A stretch of 64,000 bases of DNA from Candidatus Daviesbacteria bacterium. GTDB taxonomy: Bacteria > Patescibacteriota > Microgenomatia > Daviesbacterales > UBA10151. The number at the start of each line of letters is the position of its first letter. The stretch's first letter is position 1. The stretch is from the NCBI GenBank assembly GCA_016195715.1, contig JACPZA010000029.1, positions 30,493 to 94,492 of the forward strand, given 5' to 3'. The notes under the pieces are model-generated. The model did no database searches, was not told the origin of the DNA, and saw only the letters and a program-made list of their open reading frames with translations. Of the stretch, positions 17,732 through 26,154 are shown in pieces. The translations under genes were made by a program, and so were the position numbers.

Positions 17732-18720
17732 TGAATGCTAACAAGGCTTTCTGTATTCTCCTTGTAAGTTTTAGTGTTGCCCTAGTAGGTTTGATAACAA
17801 TTCTGTATAAATCACTTCCACTAGCCATTGCAAATGCTATTTATGTTTGTCAGAAAACTTTTACTAGTGCAGTAACCTTACCTCATTCAATACCTTTTAC
17901 CCTAAGCCTTATTACAGTAATAATATTAACAATTGGCCTTTTAACTCTGTGGATCCAAATACTAAAAACTAGATTATATATAAAAAGAACTATCGGAAAG
18001 AAAGTTTTTTTACCTAATTCAGTTAAGAAAATTGCCGGTGAGCTTAATTTAAATGGCAGGATTGATGTTATTAAAGACAAAAATAGATTCTCCTTTTGCT
18101 ATGGAATAATTAGACCTAGGATTTGTTTAAGTACCGGATTTATAAAAGTTCTTAATAATGAAGAATTAAAGGCAGTGTTGCTTCATGAAAGTTACCACTT
18201 AAGAAATTATGACCCGCTAAAAATTGTAATTGGTAGGGCAGCATCTAGAATGCTCTTTTTTATACCAGCCCTAGGGGATATTCAGAAGTACTACGCTTTA
18301 TCTAAGGAAATTGCAGCTGATAATATGACTATTAAAAATACTGGAAAACAACCTATCCTTAGTTCATTATCAAAACTTATCACGTTAAACAATCCTAAAT
18401 TTAGTGGTGTAGCAGCTTTTGCCAGCTCAGATGATTTGGAGATGAGAATAAAATATCTTACAGGATTACAAAATACAGTTTTATTTAGATCTTCAATTTT
18501 TAGTATCTTTCTATCGATTATTGTAATTTTGTTTTCAGTATTTATTTTAAACGCTCCTGTACATGCAATGGGTTTGAATAACCAATCGATGAATACCTTG
18601 TATTGTGTATGTCCGTATGATGATCGTTGCTCAGGAGAGTGCCAAGATAGGCTAAAGACAAGAGAACAAAATTTCAGTGAGTTTAGACCATATACATCAG
18701 CAGAGGGAGCGTTAAAGTGA
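17731..18720 (+). CDS. BlaR1-like M56 zinc-metallopeptidase signal transducer with a Cys-rich C-terminal domain in place of a penicillin-binding domain
   Basis: HESYH (HExxH) in LLHESYHLRNYDP. Four transmembrane segments. The C-terminal CVCPYDDRCSGEC cluster suggests a metal or redox sensor. Confidence 0.7.
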   Translation: MNANKAFCILLVSFSVALVGLITILYKSLPLAIANAIYVCQKTFTSAVTLPHSIPFTLSLITVIILTIGLLTLWIQILKTRLYIKRTIGKKVFLPNSVKKIAGELNLNGRIDVIKDKNRFSFCYGIIRPRICLSTGFIKVLNNEELKAVLLHESYHLRNYDPLKIVIGRAASRMLFFIPALGDIQKYYALSKEIAADNMTIKNTGKQPILSSLSKLITLNNPKFSGVAAFASSDDLEMRIKYLTGLQNTVLFRSSIFSIFLSIIVILFSVFILNAPVHAMGLNNQSMNTLYCVCPYDDRCSGECQDRLKTREQNFSEFRPYTSAEGALK

Positions 18721-19787
18721 AGAATCAACTTATTATAGTAGCAATAATAATTGCAGCAATCTTAGGAGGGTTTGCCCTTTTTTCTAATAAGCAGAATGAG
18801 CGCAGCTCTTCTTCGAATAACTCTTCAAAAACTAGTGGAACTCAAGCTCAAAATGTATCTACTACAAATCAAGATGAATCAGTTTCAGAAAATGCTATTT
18901 ACGGCCATGTTCATGCACTAATAATGAATCCCTCTGATAACAGTTTGCTTTTGGGTACTCACGATGGTTTATTTAAAAGTGTAGATCAGGGCAAAACTTT
19001 TCAAAAGATTGAAACAAAAGGTGATGTAAATGCTATGGATTTTATGAATTTTGTTTATGATCCAAATACTAAAACACTATTTGCTGGAGGACATGATTTA
19101 GGAGTTATTAAAAGCATGGATGGTGGCATAACCTGGTCTAAGGCAGACTCAGGAATTAAAGGGGCGGATATTCATGCCTTGGCAATGAACCCACTAGATA
19201 CCACAAAATTGTATGCTTTTTCAGTTGGTAATGGTGTTTTTGGTAGCAAGGATGGAGCAAAAAGTTGGTATAGAATTGATGATGGCCCAGACAACCCATC
19301 AACTAGAGCTTTTGGTTATATGGGAACTCCTTCAAGTATGGATCGTGGTATGAAAACAGATAAAACTACTAATATTGGTTATCTTTGGGCAGGGACTGGT
19401 GGAGGTTTATATAGCTCATTTGCCTGTTTCTGCGGTTGGACTAAAACTACTGGAATTTCAGACAATGCCACAATTTATACTTTAGCTCCTGATCCTGCTA
19501 ATCGCTCGTCTATGCTTGCAGGCACTAAAGATGGCATTTTTAAAACAACTGATGAAGGGAAAACCTTTACTCAAGTAAATAGCAATATTAAAAATGTTGC
19601 AGCAATTACTTTTGATGAGTCCAATCCTAAAACAATTTATGCAGCAACCTCAGATGGCCTTCTTTATAGAAGTGTTGATGGTGGTCAGAAATGGGATAAG
19701 GTAAATGGGATAAGCAAAGCTTGCCTTTTGCTATCGCAAAACGTGGGTTTTTTAAGTCTTGTAGGCATTGCCTCAATCCTTGGGTAA
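18717..19787 (+). CDS. Membrane-anchored BNR/Asp-box beta-propeller protein (Ycf48-like or sialidase-like fold)
   Basis: Repeated S/D-x-D-x-G-x-T/S-W/F Asp-box motifs (VDQGKTF, MDGGITWSK, KDGAKSWYR, TDEGKTFTQ, VDGGQKWDK). GTG start. Confidence 0.5.
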   Translation: MKNQLIIVAIIIAAILGGFALFSNKQNERSSSSNNSSKTSGTQAQNVSTTNQDESVSENAIYGHVHALIMNPSDNSLLLGTHDGLFKSVDQGKTFQKIETKGDVNAMDFMNFVYDPNTKTLFAGGHDLGVIKSMDGGITWSKADSGIKGADIHALAMNPLDTTKLYAFSVGNGVFGSKDGAKSWYRIDDGPDNPSTRAFGYMGTPSSMDRGMKTDKTTNIGYLWAGTGGGLYSSFACFCGWTKTTGISDNATIYTLAPDPANRSSMLAGTKDGIFKTTDEGKTFTQVNSNIKNVAAITFDESNPKTIYAATSDGLLYRSVDGGQKWDKVNGISKACLLLSQNVGFLSLVGIASILG

Positions 19788-19970
19788 TAGGAGTGATTAT
19801 TGTAGTGGTTATTGGCTTATTAATTCTTGTACCAATAATTGGAGTGGCCAGCTTGATAGTTGCCTTACCTCTAGTTGGTTGTACTGTCATGTGTGGCGCA
19901 ATGGCTTTTATGATGCGGGGTAAAAAAGATCATTGACAAAATAAAAATTATCTACTACATTAAGTAGTAG

Positions 19971-20501
19971 ATGAGAACTGAGACAAAGATTGTTGGTGGA
20001 GTTGTATTAGCAACCATTATTATTCTTGTTGGCGGTGTATGGCTACTTAGTTCTCAGGGAGTTAAAGAACAGACTAAACTGAGTAAACCACTGATGGGAG
20101 AGGCAATAGCTGATCAAGGTGGAGGTCATGTAGCAGATGGCACACTGGTCCAATATAACTCAAATCCGCCAACTTCAGGCCAGCATTACGCAAACCCTCA
20201 ACCAGCTGGTATTTATGATAAACCAGTTCCCGATGGAAATTTAGTTCATAGTTTAGAACATGGTGCAGTTATACTTTGGTATAAATCAGATACTCCAGCC
20301 ACACAAAGTGCACAACTTAAATCAATCTTTAGTAGTGTCTCTGTAAGTAAAAAAATAATAGTCCCTAGGGATAATCTAGATGTGCTAGTTGCTTTAACTT
20401 CCTGGGGTAGATTATTAAAGTTCCAAACGATAGATGAGAATCAAATCAGAGCTTTTATGGAGACAAATGAGGATCGAGGACCAGAGAAAGCACCACTTTA
20501 A
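19971..20501 (+). CDS. DUF3105-like membrane-anchored protein
   Basis: N-terminal transmembrane segment. The conserved HSLEHGAVILWY-type motif is what I recall for DUF3105. Confidence 0.45.
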   Translation: MRTETKIVGGVVLATIIILVGGVWLLSSQGVKEQTKLSKPLMGEAIADQGGGHVADGTLVQYNSNPPTSGQHYANPQPAGIYDKPVPDGNLVHSLEHGAVILWYKSDTPATQSAQLKSIFSSVSVSKKIIVPRDNLDVLVALTSWGRLLKFQTIDENQIRAFMETNEDRGPEKAPL

Positions 20502-20505
20502 AAAA

Positions 20506-21297
20506 ATGACTACACCAGAACATAATCAACAATCAGGCATCAGAATTAATTTATTTATCTCCACGCCAATAGCCATTTTAATAGGCTCAATAATAATTTC
20601 TTTAGCCATCCTTGTTAATGGTGGAATAATTAGATTTAAAGACTCAGTTGCTACTAAATCATCAACTACACAAGCAGCTCAAACTCCAACCCAGCCAACT
20701 CAACAAGCTCCGCAAGCACCAACAGGTCCTGTTAAAGTAGCTTCAGCAGATGCACCTGTTTTAGGAAACAAAGATGCTCCTGTTACCTTAATTGAGTTTT
20801 CTGATTATGAATGCCCTTTTTGTAAAAGGTCATTTGACCAGCTTCTTCCAGAGCTTAAGAAAAACTACATAGATAGTGGCAAGTTAAAGCTGGTTTATAG
20901 AAATCTGCCACTGCCTTTCCATCAGAATGCTCACAAAGAGGCTGAGGCAGCTTTGTGTGCCAGGGATCAGGGAGGGGATGCTACCTACTTTAAGTTCCAT
21001 GATCAGATCTTTACAAAGACAACCTCCAATGGAACAGGGTTAGCACTTGATCAATTGCCTATCATTGCCGCAAGCATCGGCTTAAATGTTTCTCAATTTC
21101 AACAATGCCTCGATTCAGGCAAATACAAAGATTATGTTGATAAGGATATAACTTATGCTGAAAAAGTTGGTGCTAATGGCACTCCCACCTGGTTTGTTGG
21201 GAAATCCACTGCTGATGGCAATATTGATGGACAGATTATCGTAGGAGCGCAACCATTCAGTGCATTTCAACCAACAATTGATAATTTGCTAAAATAA
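20506..21297 (+). CDS. DsbA/BdbD-family thiol:disulfide oxidoreductase, membrane-anchored (start moved to the ATG at 20506)
   Basis: Thioredoxin-fold CPFC active site (IEFSDYECPFCKRSFDQLLPEL) after an N-terminal transmembrane segment and a Thr/Gln/Pro linker. The ORF-track start at 20434 overlaps the previous gene, and the internal Met at 20506 follows its stop. Confidence 0.65.
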   Translation: MTTPEHNQQSGIRINLFISTPIAILIGSIIISLAILVNGGIIRFKDSVATKSSTTQAAQTPTQPTQQAPQAPTGPVKVASADAPVLGNKDAPVTLIEFSDYECPFCKRSFDQLLPELKKNYIDSGKLKLVYRNLPLPFHQNAHKEAEAALCARDQGGDATYFKFHDQIFTKTTSNGTGLALDQLPIIAASIGLNVSQFQQCLDSGKYKDYVDKDITYAEKVGANGTPTWFVGKSTADGNIDGQIIVGAQPFSAFQPTIDNLLK

Positions 21298-21302
21298 ACT
21301 AT

Positions 21303-22376
21303 ATGAATCTTTGGGTTATATTTATTACAGGACTGACTTTAGGTAGTTTAACCTGTCTGGCAGTTCAAGGGGGGCTTCTTGCTTCAATAATTACTGCCAG
21401 AGAGGAGGGAGATTTAGAGGAAGGAAGGAATAAGCAAAGCTTGCCACTTCGCGGTAAAAACCATACTGTCTTTCCAACCCTAGCCTTTTTAACCACCAAA
21501 CTTATTTCTTATACAATCTTAGGTTTTATTTTAGGAGCTTTTGGTGGAGTATTAAATATTAGCCCTAATATTCAAATAATCATGCAATTTATCGCAGGAC
21601 TGTATATGGTAGCTGTAGCTTTAAATCTTCTTAATGTCCACCCTATTTTTAGATATGCAATTATCCAGCCACCACGTTTCTTAACTAGAATGGTAAGAAA
21701 CCAATCTAAATCTAAGGATCTTTTTGCTCCAGCACTTCTTGGTGCCATGACAATCTTTATTCCTTGTGGAACTACTTTGGCAATGGAAACTCTGGCTATC
21801 AGTAGTGCCAATGCCTTTTTAGGAGCCTCTATTATGTTTGTTTTTATACTGGGAACCTCACCACTCTTTTTTGGGGTAGGATGGTTGACTACTGTTTTGG
21901 GAGATAATTTTAGGGAAAGATTCTTAAAAATAGCTGCCTTTGCTGTTTTATATCTTGGAATTACCTCAATTAATGGAGCCTTAATCGCAGGAGGATCCTC
22001 AATTACCCTACAAACACTCACTGATGCCATACCTATTGAGATTAATTTAAGTGGTAATGGTGGGGAAGCTCAAGCAGCTGCACCTGATACAGGGGTTAGA
22101 ACAGAGGGTGGAGTTCAAACAGCAGACATTCAAGTAAGTGGATATGGATACACTCCAAATTATATACAGGTAAAGGCTGGCACGCCAGTTAAGCTGAATC
22201 TTTCCAATAGTGGTGGATTGGGCTGCACATCCGTTTTCCGGGTTCCACAAATGGGAATAACGAAAACTTTAACATTAGGTGGTACCGACACAGTCGAGTT
22301 CACCCCACAAAATCCAGGAAAACTCACATTTAGCTGTTCAATGGGAATGTATAGAGGAACAATAGAGGTGATATGA
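21303..22376 (+). CDS. CcdA/DsbD-like transmembrane protein (Cys in TM1 and TM4) fused to a C-terminal cupredoxin-like domain
   Basis: LTCLAV and FIPCGTT place cysteines in transmembrane helices, as in CcdA. The C-terminal 100 aa, VSGYGYTPNYIQVKAGTPVKLNLSN...FSCSMGMYRGTIEV, resembles cupredoxin/plastocyanin-like Cu-binding folds with C/M ligands. Confidence 0.5.
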   Translation: MNLWVIFITGLTLGSLTCLAVQGGLLASIITAREEGDLEEGRNKQSLPLRGKNHTVFPTLAFLTTKLISYTILGFILGAFGGVLNISPNIQIIMQFIAGLYMVAVALNLLNVHPIFRYAIIQPPRFLTRMVRNQSKSKDLFAPALLGAMTIFIPCGTTLAMETLAISSANAFLGASIMFVFILGTSPLFFGVGWLTTVLGDNFRERFLKIAAFAVLYLGITSINGALIAGGSSITLQTLTDAIPIEINLSGNGGEAQAAAPDTGVRTEGGVQTADIQVSGYGYTPNYIQVKAGTPVKLNLSNSGGLGCTSVFRVPQMGITKTLTLGGTDTVEFTPQNPGKLTFSCSMGMYRGTIEVI

Positions 22377-22397
22377 GGCAAAGCTTCTAATTTCATT

Positions 22398-22613
22398 ATG
22401 AGTAAAGTAGTTAAGAAAAAATTAAAGATTGAAGGAATGCACTGCACTAGCTGTGCAATGAATATTGATTTTGATTTAGAAGATTTAGGCGTTAAAAGTG
22501 CCAAAACCAGTTATGCTAAACAAGAATGTGAAGTGGAGTTTGATGAAGAAAAAGTAAAGGAAGAAACTATTATCAAAACTATTGAGAAAACAGGCTATAA
22601 AGCTTTCCAATAA
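22398..22613 (+). CDS. copZ: Heavy-metal-associated (HMA) copper chaperone, CopZ-like
   Basis: 71 aa with GMHCTSCAMNI, i.e. the M-x-C-x-x-C metal-binding motif, in a ferredoxin-like fold. Confidence 0.8.
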   Translation: MSKVVKKKLKIEGMHCTSCAMNIDFDLEDLGVKSAKTSYAKQECEVEFDEEKVKEETIIKTIEKTGYKAFQ

Positions 22614-22686
22614 GAATAATTTACTACGATAGACTCATTCTTTGAATATTTCATAGCTAACCCATAGTTTATTTCCTTCTGCATTT

Positions 22687-22923
22687 ATGTTATACTGTCC
22701 ATATATGGCTACTATTAAAAACGTTAGAAAAGAAATCGGAGGTAGAATCAAAAAAATTAGGGAAGGGAAAGAATTTACCCAAGAAGAAGTGGCTGAAAAG
22801 GCTGGAATGAAGGCAAACTACTATGCCAAAATTGAGCGTGGAATGTATGGTAGTGCTCCGGAAAAATTATATGCAATTGCTAAGGCTTTAGGCGTAGATA
22901 TTTCAGAAATTTTTCCTTCTTAA
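22687..22923 (+). CDS. XRE-family helix-turn-helix transcriptional regulator
   Basis: TQEEVAEKAGMKANYYAKIERG is a canonical HTH_3 motif. Confidence 0.7.
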   Translation: MLYCPYMATIKNVRKEIGGRIKKIREGKEFTQEEVAEKAGMKANYYAKIERGMYGSAPEKLYAIAKALGVDISEIFPS

Positions 22924-23243
22924 TTCTGATTAGCCTTTTCAATTCTTTTTAAAGCTCTCATTCTCTCAATAGTTTCAATTGTTTCTTTATATTTTTCTTC
23001 TCCTCCTGTTATTGCTGAAAGGTAAACCATTCCAAATTCAATTCCATACTTATTAGTGTAATATTGACTTAGTTTTGCATAAGAATCCTGGCCGCTAAGA
23101 GATTCCTTCTTAACTTCTTTTATAAATTTGGCATCTATTGGTGGAATTTCATTTACAAAAGCGAGCTCAATCAAGTTTTTCTCATCTTGACTTAGCTTAA
23201 ATTTATCTTCTGGTAATATTTTCACTTTTGCTTTATCATTCAT
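22920..23243 (-). CDS. Hypothetical protein, convergent with the XRE gene and overlapping it by 4 nt
   Basis: 107-aa ORF. I recognise no family. Confidence 0.35.
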   Translation of the reverse strand: MNDKAKVKILPEDKFKLSQDEKNLIELAFVNEIPPIDAKFIKEVKKESLSGQDSYAKLSQYYTNKYGIEFGMVYLSAITGGEEKYKETIETIERMRALKRIEKANQN

Positions 23244-23442
23244 ATGGGCTCAATTATACAATATCATCTGAAATGTCTGGATTGCTGGGCTTTACACCAT
23301 AAGCTTCCATCAGTTTAAAGAGCCAGGCTAGGATTTTTTCAGTGATTTCATCCTGATTTTGTGCCTGTGGTTCGATGGTATTAACACTGAGGACCCTTTG
23401 GTATAGTTTGATATTATAAGCATCTTACCTTATACTCGTCTT

Positions 23443-23709
23443 ATGATTGAAAAATTAATACCCTGTCCACTGGATCCTACTCAAGATTGTCCAACTATAT
23501 GCCCTTTACGTGATTTCTCAGAGGAAGTAGTAGCTGGATTAATCAGCTTTACCAACCCCCAAAATCCTGGATTAGGAGTAAGAGAAAGTTTAACAAGTTA
23601 TGGTTCAAAAGGCATAAGGGTAAATTACAGATTAAGCCAGTTCAAAAGCCTACATGATTTAATTCCCGTTGAAACATGTCACTACTATCCCAATAATCCT
23701 CAGTCTTAA
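23443..23709 (+). CDS. Small Cys-containing hypothetical protein
   Basis: 88-aa ORF with a CPLDPTQDCPTICP cysteine cluster. Confidence 0.3.
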   Translation: MIEKLIPCPLDPTQDCPTICPLRDFSEEVVAGLISFTNPQNPGLGVRESLTSYGSKGIRVNYRLSQFKSLHDLIPVETCHYYPNNPQS

Positions 23710-24308
23710 CTGATCTTACTTGGGTACAAGCTAAATAGTGTCTTCAGACTTTTATAATAAGGTTCTGCTAATTTCTTATATTCTTTGAAAAATATCTTAT
23801 TATTTATATCTCTTTCTATTTTCTTAAGGACCCAAGCCTTATAAGTATTTAAATCTTTATTTTCAAATAGATAGTGATTCCAGCACACTACCAAATAAAA
23901 ATCTGTACTAAAATGAGCGAAAGCATCTGCTGTTGCTAATACTTTTGCTTCAATATGTTCTGGCTCTTTACCATCATACATTCCATGACCATGAATAATT
24001 TTATCTACAATAAAAATTATCTTATCTTCAGAGTAACCAGCTTCTTTTAAAACTTTTCTTGCCTCGGATTCACTTTTCTCATCCAAATCTGGGTCAAATT
24101 TGTCAGTCCAAGCATAAGCCAAATCATGTAAATAAGCAGCAGCTATGGTACTTTCTTTGTCAAATTTAGATTTCTTTGAAATATCTTCAACCCAAGCAGC
24201 AACAACTTTAAGATGACCTTCAAGAATCCAAGAATTCCAGTCTATTACTGGATTTTTCTTAGCATATAATCCCTCAACAATTTTAATAACTTTATTAAGT
24301 TTATCCAT
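23706..24308 (-). CDS. HD-domain phosphohydrolase
   Basis: AAYLHDLAY (the H..HD metal ligands) and IIHGHG. Confidence 0.6.
   Translation of the reverse strand: MDKLNKVIKIVEGLYAKKNPVIDWNSWILEGHLKVVAAWVEDISKKSKFDKESTIAAAYLHDLAYAWTDKFDPDLDEKSESEARKVLKEAGYSEDKIIFIVDKIIHGHGMYDGKEPEHIEAKVLATADAFAHFSTDFYLVVCWNHYLFENKDLNTYKAWVLKKIERDINNKIFFKEYKKLAEPYYKSLKTLFSLYPSKIS
23722..23737. repeat. Member A of a degenerate short repeat family (GGGTACAAGCTAAATA)
   Basis: 14/15 identical to the core of member D (29394). See the findings. Confidence 0.4.
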
Positions 24309-24337
24309 TTAGGTAAGTATATCAAATGATCCTATCT

Positions 24338-24358
24338 GGGCACGAACTGCATCCAACC
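24338..24358. repeat. Member B of the short repeat family (GGGCACGAACTGCATCCAACC), in an intergenic region
   Basis: 14/17 identical to member C. Confidence 0.35.
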
Positions 24359-24372
24359 AGTCACCCCTACAT

Positions 24373-24990
24373 TTAAGGATAGACTAGTTGTCGGTAACCA
24401 CTAGAATCCATTAATTCATTCAGAGTTTTAAATTCATAGCCCCTGTTTCTCAACTCAGGTATTATCCGATCTAAGGCTCTTACTGATGCAGTTCTTGTCC
24501 CTCTACCATTAGCTAGACCTTCATGTAAAACAATTATGGAACTTTTCCCAACTCCTTCTAACACTCTCCTTACTACAGTATCCGTAGAAATTCCAGGAAA
24601 GCAGTCGCCTACTCGTAAAGCTTGCATAGTTGGAGCAATAGCAAATCCTGCACCATATAATTTATCTAAAAGCCAAGGTGGTGACATTCCATAAGGTGAT
24701 CTAAATACTTTAGGAACTGGACCAACTAAAGCTTCTATTAATTCTTGAGTTCTTTGCGTTTCCTCAAATATTTTCCCAAAAACAGTGGAGAGAAACTGGT
24801 GTCCAAAACTGTGGTTTCCAATACTATGACCTGCTAGATGAGTTTCTCTTACTACCTCAGGATGTCTTCGTACATTTTTGCCCACAACAAAAAAAGTAGC
24901 AGGAACTCCAAATTTGTCTAGCCTCTCCAAAACAGCACGAGTATGTAATGGATGAGGACCATCATCAAAAGTAAGTGCAACTTCAGGCAT
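24373..24990 (-). CDS. Polysaccharide deacetylase (NodB homology domain, CE4)
   Basis: TFDDGPHP motif 1. HSIGNHSFGH motif 2, supplying the His metal ligands. Confidence 0.75.
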   Translation of the reverse strand: MPEVALTFDDGPHPLHTRAVLERLDKFGVPATFFVVGKNVRRHPEVVRETHLAGHSIGNHSFGHQFLSTVFGKIFEETQRTQELIEALVGPVPKVFRSPYGMSPPWLLDKLYGAGFAIAPTMQALRVGDCFPGISTDTVVRRVLEGVGKSSIIVLHEGLANGRGTRTASVRALDRIIPELRNRGYEFKTLNELMDSSGYRQLVYP

Positions 24991-25033
24991 GGTTGAAATT
25001 ATAGCAGGAATAATAGTTGTTTGAGTTTATTTA

Positions 25034-25056
25034 GGCACAAACTAAATCCAGCCACC
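25034..25056. repeat. Member C of the short repeat family (GGCACAAACTAAATCCAGCCACC). It contains the 8-mer CAGCCACC that is also the 3' acceptor strand of tRNA-His
   Basis: 15/17 identical to member D over the core. Confidence 0.4.
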
Positions 25057-25070
25057 ATAGCTATATTTTG

Positions 25071-25748
25071 TCACAATTGACTTTTCTCTAAGTGACGAAT
25101 ACGAAATAAAATGAGAAATATCAGTATAGCCAAACCTAATAAATAGGCTGCTATTACATCAGAGAACCAATGTACATGCAAGTAGATACGTGAAGGACCA
25201 ACTAAGAGAATAATGAAGCTAAGTCCTGTGATAATAGTACGTTTTAACCAAGCTTTTTTAATATAAAGGAACGTGAGAAATATTAAGTAACCAAAAAATA
25301 CAATATAAGACACAGTGTGACCTGATGGATAACAAGTTTCTTGTAATGCCAATCTTTGGATAAGTGGTATATAAAATGATTCTTTCTGGGTTATAACATT
25401 TGAATAATACGTGTTAGGACATTGTATTTCAAAGATAGGTTTTAATAATAATTCTGCGGTTGTCCAACCAGAAAAACTAGCTAAAAGCATTAGGATTTCA
25501 AACCTTTGCTTTCTTCGTTTAAACCAGAAAATCAGTAAGGTAATTACTCCAAGAAGTGGAAGGTATAAGTTAGCTATAAATCTTGAAGAGTAATAGAAAA
25601 AACTACTTTTTGAATAAGGTAGCGTTTGGTCTATATATTTATCAATTGGTAAAAAAAGCCCTTTTATAACCAGGATGGTGAGTATAAAAAAGCCTATTAA
25701 GAAAAAACTAGCTAATGCTAAAAAAATATTTTTCTTTGATTGAATCAT
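25071..25748 (-). CDS. PAP2-superfamily membrane phosphatase
   Basis: Six transmembrane segments. PSGH (TCYPSGHTVSY) and the distal HVHWFSDV motif are characteristic of acid phosphatase/PAP2. Confidence 0.6.
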   Translation of the reverse strand: MIQSKKNIFLALASFFLIGFFILTILVIKGLFLPIDKYIDQTLPYSKSSFFYYSSRFIANLYLPLLGVITLLIFWFKRRKQRFEILMLLASFSGWTTAELLLKPIFEIQCPNTYYSNVITQKESFYIPLIQRLALQETCYPSGHTVSYIVFFGYLIFLTFLYIKKAWLKRTIITGLSFIILLVGPSRIYLHVHWFSDVIAAYLLGLAILIFLILFRIRHLEKSQL

Positions 25749-25891
25749 CCCCCCAATTATACATATTTATAAAGTTTCTAAACTCCCTAGAGGTTGCTTT
25801 AGAAGGCTCTAACTGTTAGTATGTAAGCACTCTCATTCTCTTCCGTGGATAATTCACTCAACAGAATGTACCTTAGAAAGGTGGTTTTTGC

Positions 25892-26146
25892 GTGGTTAAA
25901 TTATTTATTGCTAGGATCCCCTACTTAATGACTAACCAAACTCTTTTACACTTGTTTGCAAAGTTTGGTGATGTCCATTCTGCTAAGATATCAATTAATA
26001 GTACTTCTGGAGAAAGCCGTGGTTGTGGATATGTTGAAATGGAACATCAATCTGAAGCGCAAATAGCTATAAAAGAACTTAATGGTTTTGCGATTGAAGG
26101 ACGAAATATTGCAGTCTCACAAGCTGTATCTTATATCAAAAAATAA
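25892..26146 (+). CDS. RRM-type RNA-binding protein
   Basis: RNP2-like LFIARIPY and RNP1-like RGCGYVEM in an 84-aa protein. Confidence 0.65.
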   Translation: MVKLFIARIPYLMTNQTLLHLFAKFGDVHSAKISINSTSGESRGCGYVEMEHQSEAQIAIKELNGFAIEGRNIAVSQAVSYIKK

Positions 26147-26154
26147 TTAACTTT

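Noticed and set aside
19721-19936. 71-aa hydrophobic ORF overlapping the end of the BNR-propeller gene
   Set aside because: It could be a real small membrane protein, since two transmembrane segments are predicted. It overlaps a longer ORF by 67 nt and has no independent support, so I did not list it as a feature.
21572-22504. Antisense ORFs (21572-22030-, 22047-22250-, 22160-22504-) opposite the CcdA-cupredoxin gene
   Set aside because: They lie within a gene that has a coherent two-domain architecture and have low-complexity translations. Likely spurious.
25049-25056. CAGCCACC 8-mer matching the tRNA-His 3' acceptor strand, as a definitive attR
   Set aside because: An 8-mer is expected about twice by chance in 64 kb. 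I kept it only as a tentative island boundary within the repeat-family finding.
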